Shown here piece by piece: positions 40,047 through 49,760 of a stretch of 64,000 bases of DNA. The translations under genes were made by a program, and so were the position numbers. Position 1 is the first letter of the stretch, and every line of letters starts with the position of its first letter. A model generated the notes under the pieces. The model saw nothing but the letters and a program-made list of their open reading frames with translations, ran no database searches and had not been told where the DNA came from. The stretch covers positions 2,816,001 through 2,880,000 of the forward strand of contig OZ245777.1 of NCBI GenBank assembly GCA_965227775.1, given 5' to 3'. This DNA is from Phycisphaerales bacterium. Lineage in GTDB: Bacteria; Planctomycetota; Phycisphaerae; Phycisphaerales; UBA1924.

Positions 40047-40347
40047 CGTTGCCTCCATGCCGGGCCTTTCCCGGCTCACGTCACACGCCCCCACACAGGG
40101 GCGCCAATACCAGGAAATAGCCTCGATTGCACGGCGGGCAGCGGCAACGCACTGCAGCGAATTCCTCCGGACGAGTTGGCCGGATGTGCGGGATGGAGAA
40201 CCCCGACACGGGTGGCTGCGCCGATTCCAACGCTTGTGCCCGGCAACCGTCGATGTAAACGACAGGCGGGGCTCTTTTCCGGACGCTCTACTGGCGTAGG
40301 CTGCGGCCTTCCAAATCGATTGGTTCGAACGCTTCGGAGACGCACGC

Positions 40348-41703
40348 ATGGACGCGTTTGTGATCGAGGGCGGCAAGCCCATTTCCGGCAGGTTCGAGGT
40401 GCACGGCTCGAAGAACGCCGCGCTGCCCATGCTCGCCGCCACGCTGCTGACCGACGAGCTCGTTGAGCTCTCGGACGTGCCTCGGCTCGAAGACATCTCC
40501 AACATGCTCCGCCTGCTCGGTGAGCTAGGCGTGGACATCAGCGAGGAAGATGGACCCAGCCGTGGCGGCCGCACCGTGCGGACGACCGTGACTGACGCGA
40601 GCCTGAGTCACGCCCGATACGACATCGTGCGGACCATGAGGGCGGGCGTGTGCGTGCTGGGCCCGATGCTGGCAAGGCGCGGGGAAGCCCGAATTTCCAT
40701 GCCGGGTGGTTGCGCGATCGGCCCCCGCCCCATCGATCTGCACCTCAAGGGGCTGGCGGCCCTGGGCGCTTCGATAAGCCTGTCCAATGGCGACGTCGTC
40801 GCGAAGGCACCCTCGGGCGGGCTGCGGGGCGCCACGGTGTTCCTGGGCGGGCCGTTTGGCTCGACCGTGCTGGGAACGGCCAACATCATGAGCGCCGCTA
40901 CCCTGGCGCGCGGCCGGACAGTCATCGAGTCGGCCGCCTGCGAGCCGGAGATCGTCGACCTTGGCCGCCTGCTCCAGAACATGGGCGCCCGAATTTCGGG
41001 CCTGGGCACGCCTCGCATCGTCGTCGATGGCGTTGATGAGCTCGGCGGGACGAGCCGGCGCATCATGCCCGATAGGATCGAAGCCGGCACCTACGCCATG
41101 GCGGCCGCTATGACCAAGGGCGAACTGACCATCGCCAACTGGCCGGTCGATGCGCTCGTCGGCCCCTTCGAGATGCTTCGTACCTCGGGCATCGAACTGG
41201 AGCTGAGCGAACACGAGCCGCTCGATACGCCCGGCGGCGACTCGATCCGCGCGACCGCGTTTGTGCGCCGCACTGGCGCGCTCAGGCCCGTCGAGCTCAC
41301 CACGCAGCCCTTCCCCGGATTTCCGACCGATCTGCAGGCCCAAGCGCTCGCCTTGCTGACGCTCGCCGACGGCAACTCGATCATCACCGAGAAGATCTTC
41401 CCAGAGCGATTCCTGCACGTGGCCGAGTTGCTGCGGATGGGCGCGCAGATCATCCGGCATGGGCCGACTGCCGTTATCAGCGGTGTGCCGAAGCTCGTGG
41501 GAGCTCCGGTCATGGCCAGCGACTTACGCGCCTCTGCGGGGCTCGTATTGGCGGGCCTGGCGGCGCGCGGCCGGACGGTGGTCCGACGCGTGTATCACCT
41601 CGATCGCGGCTACCAGCGGATGGACGAGTACCTCAACGGGCTTGGCGCCGACATCCAGCGCGTGAACGAGAAGGCGCTCGATGAGGTGGCCGTACCGGCC
41701 TAG
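40348..41703 (+). CDS. murA: UDP-N-acetylglucosamine 1-carboxyvinyltransferase
   Basis: GSKNAALP, MPGGCAIGPRPIDLH (active Cys), PDRIEAGT, PGFPTDLQ, DLRASA, HLDRGY. Confidence 0.97.
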   Translation: MDAFVIEGGKPISGRFEVHGSKNAALPMLAATLLTDELVELSDVPRLEDISNMLRLLGELGVDISEEDGPSRGGRTVRTTVTDASLSHARYDIVRTMRAGVCVLGPMLARRGEARISMPGGCAIGPRPIDLHLKGLAALGASISLSNGDVVAKAPSGGLRGATVFLGGPFGSTVLGTANIMSAATLARGRTVIESAACEPEIVDLGRLLQNMGARISGLGTPRIVVDGVDELGGTSRRIMPDRIEAGTYAMAAAMTKGELTIANWPVDALVGPFEMLRTSGIELELSEHEPLDTPGGDSIRATAFVRRTGALRPVELTTQPFPGFPTDLQAQALALLTLADGNSIITEKIFPERFLHVAELLRMGAQIIRHGPTAVISGVPKLVGAPVMASDLRASAGLVLAGLAARGRTVVRRVYHLDRGYQRMDEYLNGLGADIQRVNEKALDEVAVPA

Positions 41704-41903
41704 GCCCTCGGCCCGTCCAGTTTCTCAGCCGCGGGCGGCACGAGTACGGGGATGCCGTTGCGCACAGGATATCGCATCGGCTCGCCCACCACGTTGACCC
41801 ACTCGCCCGACTCGTCCATCGACAGCGGCTTGCTGGTGATTGGACAACGGAGCTGATCGGGCAACGTGCCAGGCAGAGACGGGTCGGGCGAATCACTCTT
41901 CAT
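41700..41903 (-). CDS. Trm112/YcaR-like small protein
   Basis: LRCPITSKPL...YPVRNGIPVLV. Confidence 0.75.
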   Translation of the reverse strand: MKSDSPDPSLPGTLPDQLRCPITSKPLSMDESGEWVNVVGEPMRYPVRNGIPVLVPPAAEKLDGPRA

Positions 41904-42168
41904 CGAAGCCTCGCGCAAACAGGTCGCCCAGGGCCTTGCAGGCCTCTTCTGCGTCGTCGCCACGGGCGATGACCTCGAGCTCAACGCCCTGCGTCGCGGC
42001 CAACAGCATTATCTGCATGATCGACTTGCCGTCGATCTCTTGGTCTTCACGCTTGAGCGCGATCGTGCTCTTGAACCTCTGGGCGCAATCGGCAACCGCC
42101 GTCGCCGGGCGCGCATGCAGCCCAAGCCGGTTCACGACGGTCACCTTTGCGGCGCACTCCTTGGCCAA
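41893..42168 (-). CDS. ptsH: HPr-family phosphocarrier
   Basis: NRLGLHARPA (His15), DGKSIMQIMLL (Ser46); TTG start. Confidence 0.93.
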   Translation of the reverse strand: MAKECAAKVTVVNRLGLHARPATAVADCAQRFKSTIALKREDQEIDGKSIMQIMLLAATQGVELEVIARGDDAEEACKALGDLFARGFDEE

Positions 42169-42194
42169 ACCTTGTCTCCGTAGCGAATCGGCGC

Positions 42195-42677
42195 TCAGCC
42201 GGGCAGCTTCTGGTGGTCGGCCTCGTGGAGTAGTTCGATGATCTCCTCGCGCGTCGATGACTGCCGCAGGAACCTGCGGAATGTCTCGTTGCCCAGGCTC
42301 TTGAAGATGACCTCCATGGCCTTGAGGTGGTCCTCCGGGCTGTTCTCGGGGCTGAGCAGCAGCACGATGGAGTACACCGGCTGGCGGTCGAGGGCTTGAA
42401 AGTCGATGCCCTTGCCGCTGCGAGCGATGCTGGCGGCCATCTTCGTGACCCCCGGATGCTTGACGTGTGGCACGGCGACGCCGCGGCCGAACCCGGTTGA
42501 CCCCTTGCGCTCCCGCTCGAGCACGGCTGCGACAAGCTCGTCGCGATGCTCGGCGTTCGCGGCTCCCGCGGCGACAAGGGCGTCGATCATCTCGACAATG
42601 GCGTCGTCGCGCTCGACGGCGTCGAGTTCGGCGAGGACGGCGTCCTTGTTCACGATCTCGGTCAGCTTCATGGCCAT
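42195..42677 (-). CDS. ptsN: PTS EIIA (Ntr/Fru-type)
   Basis: LERERKGSTGFGRGVAVPH, GIDFQALDRQPV. Confidence 0.9.
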   Translation of the reverse strand: MAMKLTEIVNKDAVLAELDAVERDDAIVEMIDALVAAGAANAEHRDELVAAVLERERKGSTGFGRGVAVPHVKHPGVTKMAASIARSGKGIDFQALDRQPVYSIVLLLSPENSPEDHLKAMEVIFKSLGNETFRRFLRQSSTREEIIELLHEADHQKLPG

Positions 42678-42679
42678 GG

Positions 42680-42997
42680 TCAGTGCGCCTGCCTCTTTTG
42701 GACCTTCACCTTGTCGTGCAGGTCGCTGAGCTGGCGAATCCCCTTGTGCTGGACGGAATCGATGACGCCGTAGAGATCGGCGCCGTTGTCCTTGCTCACC
42801 AGGTCGTCGTGGTGCTCGACGTCCACGATCAACTCGACCTCGAACGAGTCGCCCGAGTTGTTCTTGTGGTGCTCGATCGTCCAGGTCACGGCCAGGATTC
42901 GGTCGAAGAAGCGCGTGAGCTTCTCGGACTTCTCCTCGGCGTGCTGGCGAATCGCGTCGGTGATCGTGACGTGGCGGCCGACGACTTCGATGCGCAT
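42680..42997 (-). CDS. hpf: Ribosome hibernation factor HPF/RaiA (short form)
   Basis: MRIEVVGRHVTITDAIRQHAEEK...DLYGVID...RQL. Confidence 0.9.
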   Translation of the reverse strand: MRIEVVGRHVTITDAIRQHAEEKSEKLTRFFDRILAVTWTIEHHKNNSGDSFEVELIVDVEHHDDLVSKDNGADLYGVIDSVQHKGIRQLSDLHDKVKVQKRQAH

Positions 42998-43073
42998 GGT
43001 GTCCGTCCCTTCGTTCTGGCAACCGAGCCGGCCATCCAAGCCGGCATGCTCAAGCATACCCACCCGGGCGTTC

Positions 43074-43949
43074 CTAGCTGGTCTTGGCGGCGGTCTCAGC
43101 GTCCTCGGCGGGCTGCGGGGGCGAGATCGCCGAGTTCGCGGCCCCGGGCGGTGTGAACCGTTCGGGCACGAGCGTGCCGCCGGTAATGAAGTATCTGATG
43201 GCCTCGTCGATCGACATGGGGATGTCGATGGCCTCGTCCTTGGGGACGGTGATGCCAAAGCCCGTGAAGGGCGTGGGCGTTGATGGGATGAACACGGCGA
43301 TGCACGGAACGCCCGCAGCCTCGTGGATCGTCGAGATCGAATCGCTCGTGACCAGACCCATCGTCCAGATCCCGCGCCTGGGGTACTGCACCATCACCAC
43401 GCGGCGGAACGCGACCTTGCGTTCGCCCATGATGAGCTCGACCACCTGCTTCACGTGGGGATACACCTGCTTGAAGCCGGGAATCTGCGCGATTAACCGC
43501 TCAACACGGGCGTATACGCGGCGGCCGAGGTAGTTTCCCAGAAGGAGGCCCGCGAGGTAGATGAGCATGATCGCCACGAGCAAGCCGGCCCCCTGGAGGT
43601 ACCAGTGCTGGTTCCAGAAGTCACCGAGCTGCTTGCGGACCAGATGCTCGCGCACGACTGCGGTTGGGCGCCCGCGGAACGGGCGGCCTTCGGGAGAAGC
43701 GAGGAATTCGTCGATCTCGCCGGGCTCAACGAGCATGAACTCCGGCCGCTGGTCTTCGGGCGTGACGCGAGGGGCGATCTCGACCACCACGACACGGATC
43801 CCGCGGTTGATCGGTTCGGCCACGTTGTTGAATAGGAAGACGAACGCCTGCCAGAGGAGCCACAGCGTCAGGATGGACGGCAGCAACACGGCCAGCCCGC
43901 GGCCGAAGAACCGCTTGAAATCGTCCATGAAGCTTTCCTGGCGTGCCAC
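43074..43949 (-). CDS. DUF502-family membrane protein
   Basis: GLAVLLPSILT, IPGFKQVY, FRRVVMVQYPRRG, VFIPSTPTPFTG; start GTG 43949 or ATG 43928. Confidence 0.85.
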   Translation of the reverse strand: MARQESFMDDFKRFFGRGLAVLLPSILTLWLLWQAFVFLFNNVAEPINRGIRVVVVEIAPRVTPEDQRPEFMLVEPGEIDEFLASPEGRPFRGRPTAVVREHLVRKQLGDFWNQHWYLQGAGLLVAIMLIYLAGLLLGNYLGRRVYARVERLIAQIPGFKQVYPHVKQVVELIMGERKVAFRRVVMVQYPRRGIWTMGLVTSDSISTIHEAAGVPCIAVFIPSTPTPFTGFGITVPKDEAIDIPMSIDEAIRYFITGGTLVPERFTPPGAANSAISPPQPAEDAETAAKTS

Positions 43950-44113
43950 GCGACAGATTCCCTTCTGCGTAGGTCCGGCAACGCAGGGTACGGCTTGGGC
44001 GTGCTTGGCTTCGTACCCCACAGACGGCGGGGCCGCGCGGGCGAGAACGCCGACGCTCCTTGCCGGCCGTGCGTCCACGTGGGACGGGTCCGAGTGGATC
44101 GGGACCGGAGGAA

Positions 44114-44186
44114 TGGGCCTGACAGGACTTGAACCTGTGACCTCACCGTTATCAGCGGTGCGCTCTACCGACTGAGCTACAAGCCC
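44114..44186 (-). tRNA. tRNA-Ile(GAU); CCA not encoded
   Basis: Reverse complement GGGCTTGTAGCTCAGTCGGTAGAGCGCACCGCTGATAACGGTGAGGTCACAGGTTCAAGTCCTGTCAGGCCCA folds as a cloverleaf. Confidence 0.96.
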
Positions 44187-44300
44187 GAACCGCCGAGTGT
44201 ATCGGCTGATCGACGGGAGTCAACGATATGCAATGGCCCCGCAGGCGTCGCCCGCAGCGTAAACTGTGACCCAAGGAGGGACGCCAGAGCGTCCGAGTAC

Positions 44301-45650
44301 ATGCCGAACACTTTGCTCAGCCGATTGCGGAGGGCCCTCCCCCTCGCCAGCCGCGTCTTGGCCGGTCTGTTCCTGCTTATCGCGGCCACGGGCCTCTTCC
44401 AGATTCTCCAGGCCACCAAGGCCGAGCCCACGCTCAGCGAGGACGCGGGCCTTCCGCCGCTGGTGCGCACGGTCGAGGTCAGGCGTGTCGAGACCGCCCG
44501 CCCCTGGACCGGCTACGGCACCGTCCGGGCCATGACATCGGCCCAGGTTGCCGTGCAAGTCGCCGGCCGCGTCATAGAGCGGCCGGATTCCATCGAAGCA
44601 GGGCTGGCGGTCGAGGCGGGAGATTTGCTGCTTGAGATCGATCCGAGCGATTTCCTCCAGCGGGTGGCATCGCTCGAGGGCACGGTGGCGGCACTCGAGG
44701 CCCAGATCGACCAGCTCGGCATCGAGGCGGCCTCCCTCGACGAGCAGCTCACCCTGGTGCTCGAAGAAGCCGAGATCGCCAAACGCGAGTACGAGCGGGC
44801 CCGCGGCGTCTTCGAGGATCTTGGTGCGGGCACGGCAACGGAGGTCGACCAGAAGCTGGCCGCGTACCGCCGGGCTACTCGGGAGGCGTCGGCCCTCGAG
44901 CAGCAGTCAAGGTCCATCCCGGCCCGACGAGCGACCCTCCAGGCCAACATGTCCTCGCAGCGTGCCGAACTGGCCCAAGCCAAGCAGGACCTGGACCGTG
45001 CCACCGTGTCGGCCCCCATCGCCGGCGTGCTGCAAGAGGTCTCGCTCGATGAGGGCGACTACGCCCGCGTCGGGGACGCGGCCGCTCGCATCGTCGAACT
45101 TGGCCGCCTTGAGCTCCCGCTCTCGCTGCCGGCGTCGGCGGCTGGCGATATCGCGATCGGCGATGCGGTCGAGGTGGTGCTCGAATCGGGCTCGGAGGCA
45201 CGCTGGAGTGGGGCGATCACCAGGCTCGCGCCCGAGGCCGACGCGCAGACACGCTCGATCCGTGTGTTCGTCGAGGTCGCGCAGAGTCTCGAAGTCGACG
45301 AGCGTGGCATGCTCTCGCCCGGCAATGGCGTGATCCTGCGACCGGGCATGTTCGTCGTGGGCCGCGTGGTGCCGAGCCGGCCGGTCGCCCACCTCCTGGT
45401 ACCCAGGCGTGCGGTGGTGCAGGGAGGCGTGCTGATCGCAGACCTGAATTCTCCGGCGAGCGCCAAGCGCGTCGATGTCCAGACGCTTTTCGCGCTCGAA
45501 GGCAAGATTGAGGGCGCCCCCCTGGACGAGTCGCTGTGGTTCGCCGTCGAGGCCGACCTGCGTGAGGGCCAGCGGGTGCTGGTCACGAACCTCGATGACC
45601 TTCGCGACGGTTCGCCCATCCGTGTGGGCGAGGGTGGTGGCACACCATGA
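44301..45650 (+). CDS. RND efflux periplasmic adaptor (MFP)
   Basis: N-terminal TM, lipoyl halves (VAGRV...GDLLLEID; VSAPIAG), long hairpin, LRPGMFV. Confidence 0.88.
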   Translation: MPNTLLSRLRRALPLASRVLAGLFLLIAATGLFQILQATKAEPTLSEDAGLPPLVRTVEVRRVETARPWTGYGTVRAMTSAQVAVQVAGRVIERPDSIEAGLAVEAGDLLLEIDPSDFLQRVASLEGTVAALEAQIDQLGIEAASLDEQLTLVLEEAEIAKREYERARGVFEDLGAGTATEVDQKLAAYRRATREASALEQQSRSIPARRATLQANMSSQRAELAQAKQDLDRATVSAPIAGVLQEVSLDEGDYARVGDAAARIVELGRLELPLSLPASAAGDIAIGDAVEVVLESGSEARWSGAITRLAPEADAQTRSIRVFVEVAQSLEVDERGMLSPGNGVILRPGMFVVGRVVPSRPVAHLLVPRRAVVQGGVLIADLNSPASAKRVDVQTLFALEGKIEGAPLDESLWFAVEADLREGQRVLVTNLDDLRDGSPIRVGEGGGTP

Positions 45651-48600
45651 GCCTGCCGGCCTTCGGCGTCCGCAAGCCGGTCGTCGCGAACCTGCTCATG
45701 TTCGCCATCATCGGCGCAGGCATATTGCTCGGGCTGGGGCTCCGGCGCGAGTTCTTCCCCGAGGTCAGGCCGAATCGCGTGGTGGTTGCAGCGCCATACC
45801 CGGGCGCTTCGCCCGACGAGATCGAGCGGTCGCTGGCAATCAAGATCGAGGACCGCGTCGCAGATCTGCGCGATGTGGTTGAGATCAATACCACCGTAAC
45901 CGAGGGCAGCGCGCAGCTCATCATCGAGTTTGAGGACTCTATCGATATCGACGAAGCGGTCAGCGACGTCAAGCGTGAGGTCGATGCCCTGCAGGACCTG
46001 CCCGAGCAGTCCGAGCGCATCATCGTCGACAAGCTGGAACCGAACCTTCCAGCGGTGATCCTGTCGATCTATGGCGACTCAAGCGAACGAGCTCTCAAGG
46101 AAGCCGCGCTGGCGATCCGTGAAGACCTGCGCGCCCTGCCGGGCATGGCCGACGTGACGATCGACGGCATCCGTACCGATGAGATCCGCGTGTCGGTCAG
46201 GCCGCAAGCAATGGTCGAGCATCAGCTCAGCCTGCCCATGATCTCCGACCGAGTGCGCGCCGCCATGCGCGAGCTGCCCGGCGGCACCGTGCGCACGGGC
46301 ACGCAGACGCTCTCGGTGCGCACCGTGCGCGTCGAAGAGGACGCCAAGCTCGTTGCCGACATCGTCGTCAAGGGCGAGGGCGGGCGTGTGCTTCGGCTCG
46401 GCGACATCGCCGACGTGGAGTACGGGTTCCGCGACACCGATCTCATCACCAGGCTCGAGGGTGTGCCCGCCGTCTCGCTCACGTGCTTCCAGGTCGGTGA
46501 TACCGACGTGGTCAAGATCGCCGAGCTGACCAAGGCATATACGGCCGGTATGCGCGGCGAGCCGCTCGAGCTGACCATCGGCGAACGCATCGGCACGTTT
46601 CTGCGCACGATGCAGAACAAGCAGCTCGAATCGAAGGGAAAGCCGCTCGACCTGAGCCCGATCTCTGACCGGTTGCAGGCCTACGAGGCCGGTCAGAAAT
46701 GGATGGGCCGTCTGCCCGGCGAGGCGCGCATCACGACCGACCTCGCCCGGTTTGTCACGGGCCGGCTCGAACTCCTGACGCGCAACGCGCTCCAAGGTGG
46801 AGCGCTCGTGTTCCTCGTGCTCGTTCTGCTGTTGAACTGGCGCGTCTCGTTCTGGGTGGCAATCGGCCTGATCATCTCACTGGCGGGCACGATCGCCATG
46901 ATGCGCATGACCGGCATCACCCTGAATCTTCTGACCATGTTCGGCCTGATCGTCGTCATCGGCATCCTCGTCGACGACGCGATCGTGGTGGCCGAGAACA
47001 TCGTCGCGCGGCACGAGGAGGGCATGCCGCCGATGCAGGCGGCCATCGAGGGCGCAGGCCAGGTGAGCTGGCCGGTCGTCACGACGGTGCTGACCACGGT
47101 GTTCGCGTTCCTGCCTCTGGCGCTCATCGAGGGCCAGATTGGCGACTTTCTTGCAGCGCTGCCCATCGTCGTCGCTGTCGCGCTGCTCGTTTCGCTCATC
47201 GAATGCCTGTTCATCTTGCCGAGCCACATGGCCCACACACTGCGATCGAGCGACCGGGCGAAGAGCACGGGAACGACCTCGCGCCTTGCTCGCTTCGAGG
47301 CCCGCTACGACCACTGGCGTGACCGGCTGTTCTCTCGGCTGCTCATCCCCCACTACACACGGATGCTTGTACGCTGCATCCGCTATCGCTACCTCACGCT
47401 CGCGGTGGCGATCTCGATCGTCATCGCATCAGCGGCGATGGTCGCAGGCGGGAAGCTCGAGTTCATCTTCTTCGAGACCGAAGACGCCGAATCGGTCAAC
47501 GTCACCCTGCGCATGCCCATCGGCACCCCCGTGGGCGAGACCGACGCCATCGTGCGCCGCATCGAGCAGGCATCCCTCGACCAGCCCGAGGTCGCCAGCG
47601 CGTACGCGTCGGTGGGCGCCATCGGTGACGTCAACGGCGAGGGCGGGGACATCAGCCAGCCACACCTCGGCCAGATCTTCCTCGAGCTCAACCCCGTCGA
47701 GCAGCGCGAACGTACGAGCAACGACGTCATCCTCGCCATCCGCGAAGAACTCGGCGAGTTGGCGGGCGTCAAGAGCCTTCGCTTCGAGCCCATCGGCGGT
47801 GGGCCGGGCGGTGTGGCGATCAGCCTGGGTGTCGTCGGGGACAATACCGAGCGGGCAACCGTCGTGGTCGATCGCATCAAGGCCATGCTCGACGAAATCG
47901 AGGCCGTCTTCGACATCGAGGACGACGCCGACGCCGGGCAACGCGAACTCCGGTTCGATCTCAAAGACGGCGCCACCGAATTGGGCTTCACACGAGCCTC
48001 GCTCGGCGAGCAGATCCGCGGCGCGGTGTTCGGCCTCGAGCCCCACACTTTCGCCGGCAACCGCGAAGACGTCAAGGTCCGCGTGACGCTGCCGAAGGAC
48101 GTGCGATCCAGCCCGGTCGCGCTCGAAGACACCTACGTCTTCTCCCCCGACGGCCGAGCCGTGCCGCTCATCGAGGTGGCCACGATCGAAGAAGGTCGCG
48201 GGTATGCCACGGTCCGCCGCCTCGACCGAGAACGCATCATCACCGTCAGCGCGGACGTGAACCGCCAACTCGGCAATCCGGAGGAGATCGTTGGATCGCT
48301 CCGGCCCAAGCTCATCGCCCTCGAACGCGAGTTCCCAGGCATCCGAATCGTCGAGCGTGGCCGGCAGAAGGATGTGGCCGAAAGCTTCTCGACGCTGCCT
48401 CTTGGCATGGCCGTGGCTGCGGGGCTCATCTTCGTCACGCTCGCGTGGCTCTTCTCGAGCTATTTGCAGCCGCTCATCGTGATGGCGGCCATCCCCTTCG
48501 CGACGGTCGGCATGATCTGGGGGCATCTCGCGCTGGGATTCGCGATGACGTTCCTCTCGCTCATCGGCTTCGTCGCCCTCTCGGGCATTGTGGTCAACGA

Positions 48601-48964
48601 CTCTTTGATCTTCATGGAGTTTTTCAACGAGCGCAAGCGTGGGCCGGCAAGCTTGCCGCTCGCGCTCGTCCGCGCAGGTCGGGCCCGCTTGCGTCCGATC
48701 CTGCTTACCACGATCACCACCGTGCTTGGCCTCACGCCCTTGATGCTCGAGCAGTCGTTCCAGGCACGCTTCCTCATTCCGATGGCGATCACGATCGCCT
48801 GCGGGCTCATCTCGGCCACGGCGATCATCCTTCTCGTGCTGCCGTCGATGCTGGCGATTCTCAGCGACATCAAGGCGCTCGCATGGATGGCGTGGACTGG
48901 CTCGAAGACCAGGGCGACCAATGGCAACGGATTCAACGAACAACCGACCAACGCTGCGCCGTAG
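45647..48964 (+). CDS. RND efflux inner-membrane transporter (AcrB/AcrD/AcrF family)
   Basis: YPGASPDEIE, GILVDDAIVVAENI, GIVVNDSLI, RLRPILLTTITT; ATGA overlap with the MFP gene. Confidence 0.93.
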   Translation: MSLPAFGVRKPVVANLLMFAIIGAGILLGLGLRREFFPEVRPNRVVVAAPYPGASPDEIERSLAIKIEDRVADLRDVVEINTTVTEGSAQLIIEFEDSIDIDEAVSDVKREVDALQDLPEQSERIIVDKLEPNLPAVILSIYGDSSERALKEAALAIREDLRALPGMADVTIDGIRTDEIRVSVRPQAMVEHQLSLPMISDRVRAAMRELPGGTVRTGTQTLSVRTVRVEEDAKLVADIVVKGEGGRVLRLGDIADVEYGFRDTDLITRLEGVPAVSLTCFQVGDTDVVKIAELTKAYTAGMRGEPLELTIGERIGTFLRTMQNKQLESKGKPLDLSPISDRLQAYEAGQKWMGRLPGEARITTDLARFVTGRLELLTRNALQGGALVFLVLVLLLNWRVSFWVAIGLIISLAGTIAMMRMTGITLNLLTMFGLIVVIGILVDDAIVVAENIVARHEEGMPPMQAAIEGAGQVSWPVVTTVLTTVFAFLPLALIEGQIGDFLAALPIVVAVALLVSLIECLFILPSHMAHTLRSSDRAKSTGTTSRLARFEARYDHWRDRLFSRLLIPHYTRMLVRCIRYRYLTLAVAISIVIASAAMVAGGKLEFIFFETEDAESVNVTLRMPIGTPVGETDAIVRRIEQASLDQPEVASAYASVGAIGDVNGEGGDISQPHLGQIFLELNPVEQRERTSNDVILAIREELGELAGVKSLRFEPIGGGPGGVAISLGVVGDNTERATVVVDRIKAMLDEIEAVFDIEDDADAGQRELRFDLKDGATELGFTRASLGEQIRGAVFGLEPHTFAGNREDVKVRVTLPKDVRSSPVALEDTYVFSPDGRAVPLIEVATIEEGRGYATVRRLDRERIITVSADVNRQLGNPEEIVGSLRPKLIALEREFPGIRIVERGRQKDVAESFSTLPLGMAVAAGLIFVTLAWLFSSYLQPLIVMAAIPFATVGMIWGHLALGFAMTFLSLIGFVALSGIVVNDSLIFMEFFNERKRGPASLPLALVRAGRARLRPILLTTITTVLGLTPLMLEQSFQARFLIPMAITIACGLISATAIILLVLPSMLAILSDIKALAWMAWTGSKTRATNGNGFNEQPTNAAP

Positions 48965-49760
48965 GCTGGCCCGCAGCGCGGCACGGCTCGTCGGCATTGT
49001 CGTGTGCATGGGGGTGGTGCTCTTGGCGATCGGCCTGATCTTCTCGCCCGACCGGGCCATGATCTTCCCTGCGTCCATCGCCGGCCCGCTGCCACCACCG
49101 CCCGCGAGCGTCGAAACCATCACGACCGACGCGGGGCTCGTGTGGTACTTGTCACCAAGGGACGAATCGCCCGCGCCGCTCATGCTGCTCTTCCACGGCA
49201 ACGGCGACAACATCGCCGGAATGCTGCAGATCGGCAAGCGGTACCAGGCGCAGGGCTTCGCGGTCGGTCTCATCGAGTACCCGGGCTATGGCGGAACGCC
49301 GGGAAAGCCGACGGAAGCGACCGTGACCGAGGCAGCCGTCGCCGGCTACGACGTGCTCACCACACGGCCCGAGGTCGCGAGAGAACGAGTGGTTGCCCAC
49401 GGCTTTTCGCTCGGCGGCGGCGTGGCGGCGCAGCTGGCCGATCGAAGAGAAGTTTCGGGGCTCATCCTCGAATCGACCTTCACCAGCATGGTGGCGATGT
49501 ATCGATCACTGCGCGTGCCGGGGTTCATCTGCCGGGATCCGTTCCGGACCGATCGAGTGCTCGCAGACTTCGAGCGCCCAGTTTTGCTCATCCACGGACG
49601 CGCCGACACCATCGTCCCGCACTCGCACAGCAAGACGCTGCTGGGCATCGCAAGCAACGCTACCTATCTGGAGATGGATGGCGGTCACAACGACGGGCCG
49701 TCGGACCCGATCGCATATTGGGAAGCCATCGACACGCTCATCGCGCGGGCGATCGACTAG
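48921..49760 (+). CDS. Membrane-anchored alpha/beta hydrolase
   Basis: FHGNG, EYPGYG, GFSLGG, IHGRAD, GGHND. Confidence 0.88.
   Translation: MATDSTNNRPTLRRRLARSAARLVGIVVCMGVVLLAIGLIFSPDRAMIFPASIAGPLPPPPASVETITTDAGLVWYLSPRDESPAPLMLLFHGNGDNIAGMLQIGKRYQAQGFAVGLIEYPGYGGTPGKPTEATVTEAAVAGYDVLTTRPEVARERVVAHGFSLGGGVAAQLADRREVSGLILESTFTSMVAMYRSLRVPGFICRDPFRTDRVLADFERPVLLIHGRADTIVPHSHSKTLLGIASNATYLEMDGGHNDGPSDPIAYWEAIDTLIARAID

Noticed and set aside
40348..41703. murA in a probable planctomycete as a novelty
   Set aside because: Peptidoglycan synthesis in Planctomycetota is already established
38563..44113. Genomic island between the two tRNA genes
   Set aside because: No integrase, no duplicated tRNA 3' end seen, and the contents are housekeeping genes
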